From: Saprolegnia diclina VS20
Taxonomy: Eukaryota
Direction of reading: 5' to 3'
DNA length: 32,369 nt
Assembly: GCF_000281045.1 (NCBI RefSeq)
Contig: NW_008246100.1
Location: 108,711-141,079, forward strand
In this document: in pieces, positions 10,956 to 19,785 of the stretch
Position numbering within the stretch: position 1 is the first letter of the stretch
Layout of the letters: each line of letters starts with the position of its first letter
The notes under the pieces: generated by a model
Seen by the model: only the letters and a program-made list of their open reading frames with translations
What the model was told of the DNA's origin: nothing
Databases searched by the model: none
Position numbers and translations under genes: made by a program

Positions 10956-11299
10956 TTACACTGGCCGGCGCATCGGCTTCTGGCTCGTCGTCGCCTGCAA
11001 TCGTTGATAGTCCTGCAAGTGCTGCTGATTGGCGAACTTGGGCTCCATCTCTGGAGGCAGCAGTGTTATGTGCTGAAGAAGAAATCGGCTACTGAAAATA
11101 TCGTCGAACGATCGCGATACGAGAGGAAAATGTCCTTTTGGGTTCGACTAAGATCTCTCTCACTTTGATTCGACTCTTAGTTTTCCCAAACCTTTCAACC
11201 TCGATTTCTCGGGCTCTACGCCTCCAACGATGGCGTGGCGTAGCATTTCGTACTCCCCAAAGTGTCTTCTATCACTGTGCCAAGAATGAGCGATTCCAT
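10956..11299 (-). CDS. putative spliced micro-protein, left copy (mirror of 11519-11862)
   Basis: Mirror image of the right-arm model. It differs by one Ala/Ser change, one synonymous Gln codon and one intronic base. Confidence 0.35.
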
Positions 11300-11372
11300 T
11301 TTCAAGTCGACTTTCGGTCGCCAAGTCCGCTGGGATCGGCGACACGGGCGGTGGCTGGCTTGCATCGACTAG

Positions 11373-11447
11373 GATTGGCTAAAATCGTATTAAATGCGAT
11401 TTTTGGATTGGGTGTATCCACATTAAATGGAGTTGTTTTAGCCAATC
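11373..11447. promoter_or_regulatory. symmetric pair of CCAAT boxes; candidate bidirectional promoter in the repeat spacer
   Basis: gattggctaaaa (11373-11384) and ttttagccaatc (11436-11447) form a perfect 12-bp inverted pair centred almost on the axis of the large repeat. The core between them is AT-rich. Confidence 0.55.
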
Positions 11448-11518
11448 AAATATCTTGAACAATTCTGGCATGGCGCCGCCGATCCCAGCGGACTTGGCGA
11501 CCGAAAGTCGACTTGAAA

Positions 11519-11862
11519 ATGGAATCGCTCATTCTTGGCACAGTGATAGAAGACACTTTGGGGAGTACGAAATGCTACGCCACGCCATCGTTGGAGGCGT
11601 AGAGCCCGAGAAATCGAGGTTGAAAGGTTTGGGAAAACTAAGAGTCGAATCAAAGTGAAAGAGATCTTAGTCGAACCCAAAAGGACATTTTCCTCGCGTA
11701 TCGCGATCGTTCGACGATATTTTCAGTAGCCGATTTCTTCTTCAGCACATAACACTGCTGCCTCCAGAGATGGAGCCCAAGTTCGCCAATCAACAGCACT
11801 TGCAGGACTATCAACGATTGCAGGCGACGACGAGCCAGAAGCCGATGCGCCGGCCAGTGTAA
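11519..11862 (+). CDS. putative spliced micro-protein (~73 aa), right copy
   Basis: Exons 11519-11564, 11603-11618, 11671-11697 and 11730-11862, joined by GT...TAG introns of 38, 52 and 32 nt, give MESLILGTVIEDTLGKPEKSSRTQKDIFLARFLLQHITLLPPEMEPKFANQQHLQDYQRLQATTSQKPMRRPV*. The start is ambiguous (alternative ATGs at 11470 and 11572). Confidence 0.4.
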
Positions 11863-12027
11863 AGTCATCGCGGACACAGTGTAGCTCCAGCAGCTCCTTT
11901 GTGGGTCGCCGCACGACGACCTCTTCCGGCACAGCTTGACACACGCCAACGAGCTAGTATCAATTCGCCGCGAATAATATCAAGTCGGCAAATCCGATTT
12001 TGCGTTCGCCGGTCGAGGCCGACGGGA

Positions 12028-12698
12028 TTACGCTGTAGCATCCTTGGCTCGTTTCGGTGGCGGCGACGGCGGTGCGCCGCTCGCCGCCCGCTTCGTCGAG
12101 CTAAGCGCGAGCGAATCGCTTGGGTGCGTTGTTTCGAGGTGCTTTTTGAGCTGCGGGAGCTGGCGAAAGGTACCACTGCACTTGTGGCACAACAACGGCG
12201 TCTTGAGCTTGGCGTGCTCGGTCGCGACGTCAATGGGCACGCGACCGTCCGCCTCAAGCGCCACGAGCACTTCTGCCAGCGGCTTGAAGAAGGACGTCGT
12301 GAACGAGTTCCAGTGTTCCTTCTTCTTGAGCGACGGCGAGATCAAGTCGGTCGAAATCACGTGCAGATGCAGCTGCCGCATGGACGGGACGCCGTGGAAC
12401 CCGACGCGCACGTCGGCGCCGTCGCTGAAGGAAGATACGAGTCCTTCCATGTGCTGCAAGAGGCCAATGTGCGCTCGCGTCAATCCTTCGACGCCAAATG
12501 GCATGGGCTGCCGGGGCAGGACCAGCAGATGCAGCTTAGCCTGTGGCAGCCAGGCTTAGCCACGACGCGCTGAAGCAAGCGTACCTTGGGGTACTTGTCC
12601 TTGACAACGACGACAGTCTCGTCGTAGAAGACGACGTCGGCATGCTCCGCAGGCGCCGCCACGTACACCAAGAGCGCGTCCTTCCACGGCTGCGCCAT
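12028..12698 (-). CDS. APTX: aprataxin (HIT domain + C2H2 zinc finger) DNA deadenylase
   Basis: VVVKDKYPKAKLHLLVLPR (across intron 12541-12584), GFHGVPSMRQLHLHVIS, LKKKEHWNSFTTSFF and CHKC...LKKHLETTH. Confidence 0.93.
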
Positions 12699-13054
12699 CT
12701 TGCCGGCAGCCGCTCGATTTCTGATTGGCTCTCGAATGTCGCCACGCGATGACGTCACGTTGCCGCTGGCTATCGCAGGCTCCCAGTTCAAATACCATTA
12801 GCCTCGGCCGAGCGACCTGCGTCCTCCTTGCATGGCCTCATCGCGCCAAGCTACCATGGTCAAGCTCGACGAGCTGCAGGTTGGTGTCCTAGTTTCGTCT
12901 AGCATATCCTAATTAGGCCATCCCGCATCTTTTTATTTGATCAGAAAATGCACGCCCAGTTCCGTCTGCGTGTGTAACCCTGTGGCCCGTCGGCCAAATA
13001 ATTATTTAAATAAAATACCTGATTTCAAAGCCTTCATTCTATTCCAGGACTGGC

Positions 13055-13868
13055 ATGGCGCATCGCGTGTCCTGCTCCGAGTACGCCAATGTGGTCGCGA
13101 GCCGCCTGTACTTCTCGGCCTTCTACCGCGTCGTCTACCTGGCCATGATCGCGACCAGCATGGCCTGCGTCGGCTGGACCATCGCCAACCACTGGCACTC
13201 GCCGGCCTCGAGCCTCTTCATCTCGCTCGAGATCACGCTCTGCTGCATGCTCACGCTCGAAGTGCTCATCCGCATGCTCGCCCTCAAGCGCGTACGTCGC
13301 CGCGTATGGCATGATGGCCTTATGCAGAGTGGCGTGTGTAGAAGTACTGGCTCAAGTGGACTAACCTCTTTGACGTCGTCGCCACGGGTAGGTCGTCGCG
13401 CGCGATGCCAGGCGGGCTGACGAGGCGATGGAATTAGTGCTGAGCCTCGTCTCGATCGCGCTCTACTTTCGACAAGAGTCGGTCGTCGAAGAGCTCGAAG
13501 AAGTCGCCGCCGACTTTGTCGTGCTCCTCCGCAACACGGTGCAGTACGCCCGCCTCGCCGTCTTTCTCAAGTCTGTCATGCTTCCAACCCGTCCGGTGCT
13601 CACGTCCATGGCGCTAGGAATCGCAAGGAGATCTTGCCCAAGCACGAGCCATCCGGCATCGACTTTGACGACCTCGACGAAGAAGGTACCATTGCATCCC
13701 GACGACATGCCTGCTCATGATGATGGCGTAGAACACCAGAGCATGCTGGCCGAAACAACCCTCGAAGACGACATTCTCTCCGACGTCATGGCCGCGGAAG
13801 AGAGCAACCAGTATGGGCAGTTCGAGCTGCGCGTCGATGGCGCCGTAGAAACACCGGCCGTGGTGTAA
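13055..13868 (+). CDS. small 4-TM voltage-sensor-like (Ion_trans S1-S4) protein lacking a pore domain
   Basis: Introns 13292-13341, 13388-13437, 13571-13617 and 13686-13731 join in frame. S2 EITLCCMLTLEVLIRM, S3 KYWLKWTNLFDVVATVLSLVS and S4-like VLLRNTVQYARLAVFLKNRK are followed by an acidic tail and TAA. Confidence 0.75.
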
Positions 13869-13885
13869 TCCGAGGCGCAATGTAT

Positions 13886-14916
13886 TTAAAAGAAGAGAAG
13901 CTTGAGCAAGACGACCCAGACCAAATGCGTCGTCCTAGAAGAACGAACATGGAATGATGGATGCATGAGGATGGCGGCGTACCCGATGAAGGAAAGCAGT
14001 GGGAGGAGCTTCTCCTTGGGCAAGTACTCGACAATGTAGCCCCACATGTTGGTGAGGAGGAAGAGGAGCGACCATGCCATCGCAAAGAGCATCATGACCC
14101 AGTCGGCAGCGTCCGAGGGCGCTGTGCACACAAACTAGAGAGGCTACTATGAGACTAGACAACGCATCGAGACGAAGGATACCATGGTCGGGATGAAGAT
14201 GCTGAGCGAGTAGCCGTAGAGGCAGACGAGGAACGAGAGCGGGAGGGGCACCGAGATGTACTTGCCGACCGACCAGAGCGCCAGCGGGAGGCCGAGGAGG
14301 TAGATACCCACCATCGTCATCGACGTTGCCACATAGCTAAAGTCGTACGACCACTTGCTCGGGTCGTCGCCCTCGTAATCGAGCCACGACGCAATGTTGG
14401 AGCAGCTCGCCATGCAAAAGATCAACGTCGCCGAGAGCCAGAACGGGCCGTACGCGTCCGGGTTGGCGAGCGCGAGGTCCTTGAAGGACGGGTCCTTCTT
14501 GAACGGGATCAGCGCACGCGTCAAGCGCACTTGAATGTCGATCGTGTCGACGTTAAAGTACTAGCATCATCCTGCGTGTGAGACGAGCGTAGATCGAGAT
14601 GACGTACGGGTTGGTAGAAGCCAAGCGTGAAGCAGCCACAGAGGCCGAGCGCCGGGCGGCCGTCCTTGCCGTTGCCGTGAAGCAGCGTGTCTTTGGCTAT
14701 AAGCACGCATCCTGAGCCATGGAGACATGGCTGCCGTCTACCTTTCGGGGACATGGTGCCATCCTCGAGGTCGTCGTCGCCGACCGTGACATCTACCGCA
14801 GGCCCATGAGCCAAGGCTTCTTCGCAAGATGTTTCCGTCGTACCAAAGTGAAGGCCATGCGAGCGGTCGTTCATGGCCGCGGCCGCGGCCTTGACGTCGG
14901 GCGCCGGCTCCATCAT
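13886..14916 (-). CDS. Yip1-domain Golgi/ER membrane protein (YIPF1/YIPF2-like), multi-exon
   Basis: FTLGFYQPYFNVDT, NPDAYGPFWLSATLIF and LVCLYGYSLSIFIP, with C-terminal hydrophobic helices ending LKLLFF*. Confidence 0.9.
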
Positions 14917-15706
14917 CGCAAACCTTCAGAAAGAAAACTAGCCGACCCGTAAAACACGATATTTTCGATGGAAAATAGAATATGAGAGGTTTTGCACCCG
15001 TCGCCGATCTCCCAGCCCACCTTGCCGCACCAGCACGAGCCTTGGCAATACCCAGGGGCAATACTAGTAGATGCCAGATTCAGTCATGGTTTCTACAAGA
15101 TTACAAGGCTGGTACGGCGCGTTGACCACAATGGCAATCTGAACAGCGCGAAGATCGCTTTGGGGCTGCTGTCTTCGGTGTCAACCAGCCCACTGGGATT
15201 ATCTCAAGATTCCCCAGCACACCTCCACTTCTTCTGCAGAGACGGACTCTCGGGACTCTGGCCACCCAAACCAAGGCCCCAGCGCTGGCCAGGGGCACTC
15301 GGCTAGGTTACCCGTGCCGTTAGGGCACGGATCCCACATAACAAGTCATCATACCGCCAAGGCGCCTGGGAGTTCGCGATCCGACCTTCTCCGTCAACCA
15401 AGCGTGCCACCATCTCCTTTTCTTCAGCCTTGCCACCACCAAGATACTACATCAACAGCCACATCAAGGTCGCAAGCATAGAAAATGAACGTCAACTTCA
15501 ACCGTTCGTTACGATGCGTGGACCCACTTGAAGTCGAGAAGGTACCGTGTACCAAGTGTACAGCCCACGGACAAGGCTCAAACGGCGCGGGAGCTTACGC
15601 CTCTGATGCGCGCCATTGCTGTGATCGCGTTCGGTTGCCTATTCATAGCCCACTCCTATATATAATCGCTGCCACCCAGAAAGGCCAGATTCGATTTTGA
15701 AAGAGC

Positions 15707-17038
15707 ATGTTGCGGCCGCTTCTCTTCGCGTGCGTCGTGGCGCGCGCGGTGGGCTTGACAGGCATTTGCTACGACTCGTACCTGGCAACCTCGCAGGTCG
15801 CGTCCGACTTTCGCGTGATCCGCACCAAGTTTGACGCGGTCCGCACCTACCAAACGAACGTCGGCGGCTTGAACCTCATTGCAGAAGCCGCCGCCGCCAA
15901 CCTCAAGGTGGCCGCTGGCGTTTGGATCCGAGATCCATCCATTTATGTCGACGACGTGGCAGCACTTGTCGCCGGCATCAAGGCCCACCCCGACACGGTC
16001 CTCGCCGTCTACGTCGGCAACGAAGAGCTTATGCATGGCTGGAGCGCCAGCCAAGTGATTGCCGAAGTCCAGGCGGTGCGCGGCGCGCTTGTCGCGAACG
16101 GCATCACGTCCGTCCCCGTCGGGTCGGTGCAGACGGACGGTGACTTTCTGAACAACCCGGAGCTCGCGGCGGTTTGTGATGTTGTCGGCGTCAACATCTA
16201 CCCGTTCTTTGGGTCGTCGCCGCTTGCGGTGCTCTTCCCGATCCAGGACCTATCGACGCGCTACAACGCGGTCGTGGCAGCGTACGGGAAGAACAGAGTC
16301 AAGCTCACCGAGACGGGGTGGCCAACGTCCGGTGTCTCGTACGGCACGCCCGTCATTAGCTTTGCGACCGCCCAAAACTACTACAACAGCTACATGTCGT
16401 GGACGGCGACGTCGGGCGCCGACTGTCCGTTCTACTTTCAATTCCAAGACGTCACAGCGAAACAAGGCTTTGAAGCGCACTTTGGCTTGTCGGTCGACGG
16501 TGTTAGCTGGAAGTTTACACCGCCGACGCCGGCCCCAACGCCCGCACCAACGCCCGCACCAACGCCCGCACCGACATCGGCACCAACACCGGCTCCGACA
16601 CCGGCACCGACAACGAAAACGCCGGCACCGACCACGGTCGCCCCCACTACGACCACGACCAAGCCGGCGTTGTCGACGAGCAATGACACTTTTGTCCCGG
16701 AGAAAGGACACTTTGTGTCAGACGATGGCAACAACACCGACAGTAATGCTACAGTCGTGGTGACGCCAGCACCGACGCCGGCACCGACGCCGGTAGCCAT
16801 CGACAAGCGTGAGGACGATGCCACATCCGGCACCCACGTGGCTGAAACTGCATCGGGCTCGGCGTCGTCGCCGACAACCAGCATCACCGTCAGCGTCCTC
16901 AGCGTCGTCGCCGTGCTCGCACTTGTCGCGGCCGTGTACCACCACTACCGCAAGTCGGACGCGATCAAGCCCAACACGCTCCTGCCCGGCCGACGCAGCA
17001 CACTTACGATCACGCACGACGCGATCGCCATCTTGTAG
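15707..17038 (+). CDS. secreted/membrane-anchored GH17 beta-1,3-glucanase or glucanosyltransferase
   Basis: Signal peptide, VRTY, AVYVGNEE (acid/base), VVGVNIYPFF, LTETGWPTSG (nucleophile) and FEAHFGL, followed by a Pro/Thr stalk and a C-terminal TM helix. Confidence 0.93.
   Translation: MLRPLLFACVVARAVGLTGICYDSYLATSQVASDFRVIRTKFDAVRTYQTNVGGLNLIAEAAAANLKVAAGVWIRDPSIYVDDVAALVAGIKAHPDTVLAVYVGNEELMHGWSASQVIAEVQAVRGALVANGITSVPVGSVQTDGDFLNNPELAAVCDVVGVNIYPFFGSSPLAVLFPIQDLSTRYNAVVAAYGKNRVKLTETGWPTSGVSYGTPVISFATAQNYYNSYMSWTATSGADCPFYFQFQDVTAKQGFEAHFGLSVDGVSWKFTPPTPAPTPAPTPAPTPAPTSAPTPAPTPAPTTKTPAPTTVAPTTTTTKPALSTSNDTFVPEKGHFVSDDGNNTDSNATVVVTPAPTPAPTPVAIDKREDDATSGTHVAETASGSASSPTTSITVSVLSVVAVLALVAAVYHHYRKSDAIKPNTLLPGRRSTLTITHDAIAIL
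16523..16612 (+). repeat. 12-bp coding tandem repeat (PTPA x ~7) in the GH17 stalk
   Basis: Degenerate ccaacgcccgca units translate as PTPAPTPAPTPAPTPAPTSAPTPAPTPAPT. Confidence 0.9.
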
Positions 17039-17380
17039 GATACTAGCACTGCCATTTTGGGGCATCCGGTCCAGTCCGAAGACGCCGCATCTGCAGAGAA
17101 CCCACGGCGTGATCGAACCTCGGACGACGTTAGTAGCTAAGCTTTATACTTGTCCTGGCGCCACCGCTATTCTTCGGCCATCGCCAAAGCTACATGTCGC
17201 GTTTGCCTTGAACTTCAACGTGTAAGGTACTTGGCGGTGCGAATTACGTCGCGATTTCGCCGCATGCGCCGTCCTATGCGCCAATGATATGAGCGGAAAG
17301 CAGATGTTGAGGTGCAATTCGCTTACATCGTCGCCGGAGGTTTCACACTGCACCCAGCTGCTCATTAAATATCTTTGGCG

Positions 17381-19583
17381 ATGGACCTCGAGTCAACGAC
17401 GCCACTCGTGCGCCGGCCATCCCTGCAGGCGCTCGTCGCCAAGGCCGAGCCGCTCGTCGTGCAGATCGACCCGGACTCGCCGTCGTACGGGACGCTGTCG
17501 CCGACGGCCGCGACGCCGGTCACTGAGAAGCGCATGCGCGAAGTCGGCCTCAACGTCCTCGCCGGCGTCGTCGTCTTCCTCCTCTCGTCGACGATCGCTG
17601 TCTCGTGCGCCAGCGTCGTTGTCGGCCACGACGGACCATTGAGCATGCACTTGGCCAAGGTCATCGACATGAACCTCCTCGGCACGTGCCTCATGTGTCT
17701 GTACATGAGCTGGAAAAGCCAAGCGCCATGGGCCATGGCCGCGATCGACGTCTCTGTGTACGTACATCCCTCTTCTATCAACAGGAATATGACTGAGCGC
17801 ATAGCGTGCCCGTCCTCGGCGAAATGGCGCAGCACATTACGAAGGCCCTGGACAACGACATGACGACGGTGCTGCCAACGCTCTTTGTGGCCATCGCGGT
17901 CGCATCCATCACGGTCGGGCTCTGCGTATGCGCGGTCGGGCTGCTCCGCCTCTCGTCGCTCACGCACTACATTCCGTTCCCAGGTACATCATCCTATGCT
18001 TTCTCGTCCATCTAGCTCATGGCCTCGATCCAGTCATCACGGGCTTTCTCTCGGGCATTGGCGGTGTCTTGGTCAAGGACGGCATGCACATGGCAGCTCA
18101 AGAGAGTATGTCAATGACGCGCGATTGCATCCTCCTCGTGCTCCCCGCGCTCCTCTTTGCCACCGCGTCGCACAGCGCCGACCATCTTCACGTACCACCG
18201 ACGATCTACCTGCCATTGCTGCTTGTCGGGTCGGTCCTTGGCTTCCACCTCGTCGCATTCATTGGCGGCTACGAGACGAGCGCCATGATCTTTGACTGGA
18301 CACCGACCATGCTCGCCGAGACACCGCGCTGGTATTCGTGGACGACCATCGAGTGGGAGTTGGTGCAGTGGGGCGTGCTCTTCCACGCCCTCGGCCGCGG
18401 CCTCCCGACACTGCTACTCCTCGGTGCGCTCAAGTACTCGGTGCTCGTCCGGTCGCTCTCGTTCCTCTTCGATCGGGACGTGCCAGTGGATGCCGAAATG
18501 AAGGCGATTGGTGGTGCCAACATTGTGAGCGGCGTGCTTGGCTGCACGGGCGGCTGCCACTACATCTCGGCCATGGGCCTCCTCGGCACATTCAAAGCGC
18601 ACCCGCGGATCCCCGTGCTGCTCTGCGCAGGTCTCTTGCTCTTGTTGTGGGTCGTCGGGCTCGGGTCGCTCGTCTATGTGCCAAAGTTTGTGTTTGGCGG
18701 GCTCTTGCTCCACATTGGCGTTCATTTTTTACTCAAGTACCTCGTGACGCCTCTGCGGTCGCTGCCCGGCATGGAAGGCGGCGTCGTCCTTGCGGTCTTC
18801 CTCACGTTTCTATCGGTCGGGACGCTTCAGAGCGTCGGCGTCGGCCTCGTGCTCTCGAGCATCCACCTTGTCTTCCAGCTCAACGCGGTCGGTTGCGTGC
18901 GCTCGTACCACTTTGCATCACCGAACGGGTTTGCGATCCACCTCCAGGGGTACCTCTGCTTTGCGACTTCCAAGTACCTCGTGCACAAGATCGAGAAGCT
19001 GTGGCGCACCCACCATTTCAGCGTCTTGCACCTCGACTTTGAACATGTGCTCGCGGTCGACAATTCGTTCTTGCGCTCGTTTCGCCAAGTCGAAGCGTTT
19101 GCAGCCCGGCGCGATCTGCGCATCCAGCTCAACCGCATGCCGGAAGCGCTCGCTCCGCTCTTCCCGACGCCCATGTCGCACAAGAGCTCTGGCGACGTCG
19201 CGGCCAAACGGTCGCTCTGGCTCAAGCTCCTTCTGACGCGCGAGGTTGACGTCATGGGCCGGCTCGTCGACGCCTACCGCCTCGAGCGCGCAATTGATTT
19301 TCTGGAGCTCCGGCTCCTCACCAAGGGCAGTCCTTTTGCTCCCGGTCTTGGCCGCTGGTGGTTTCTCTGCGCTGGCAACGGGGCGATCGGCGACGTCTCT
19401 GTCGGCGCCGGCACCGTCCTCGACGGCACGCGGATGCGGTCGCCGTTTGTCGCGTCGGCTACGTGCACGGTGCTGCATCTGAGCACCGACGCATGGCACG
19501 CGCTGCATGCGCAGTCGCCCGAGCTTGCGATAGGTGTCCTCGAGGCTGTCCATGTACTCAGCGAGGATCATCGGCTCGCGTAA
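17381..19583 (+). CDS. SulP/SLC26-family transporter with STAS domain and degenerate cNMP-binding-like C-terminus
   Basis: LTHYIPFPVITGFLSGIG, DAEMKAIGGANIVSGVLG, YVPKFVFGGLL and STAS IHLQGYLCFAT...LDFEHVLAVDNS. Introns 17758-17804 and 17984-18033. Confidence 0.88.
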
Positions 19584-19785
19584 GCGACTGCCTCCACGAG
19601 GACGATGCCCTGTCGTGACGTAATATCTGCACTACTTGATACCTTGAAAGTTATGACTCGACAAAATACATGGACAAGACGGAATGGAGAATGTATGACG
19701 AAGAGTTTACTACTTGTTCGAGGCGGCGAGAAGCCAGCGACTGAACGCTGGGTAGTCGGCGCCGTCGCCCAGTTGATGTGGCTCA

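Larger units (their letters stand above)
10941..11877. repeat. long inverted repeat: 401-bp arms 10941-11341 and 11477-11877, 135-bp spacer
   Basis: The arms are reverse complements with no indel (paired coordinates sum to 22818). I found only 3 substitutions. Near-identical ORF translations appear on opposite strands in the ORF track. Confidence 0.97.

Noticed and set aside
10941..11341. Inverted-repeat arm as a known structured RNA (snoRNA, RNase P/MRP, telomerase RNA, rRNA piece)
   Set aside because: Only short chance-level matches (gatga...ctga, gaaagtc, ggggagtacg). No telomere template and no complete conserved motif set. An Rfam/Infernal search would settle it.
16523..16790. Tandem repeats as a CRISPR or satellite array
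   Set aside because: In-frame Pro/Thr mucin-like linker of the GH17 protein with no unique spacers, in a eukaryotic context.
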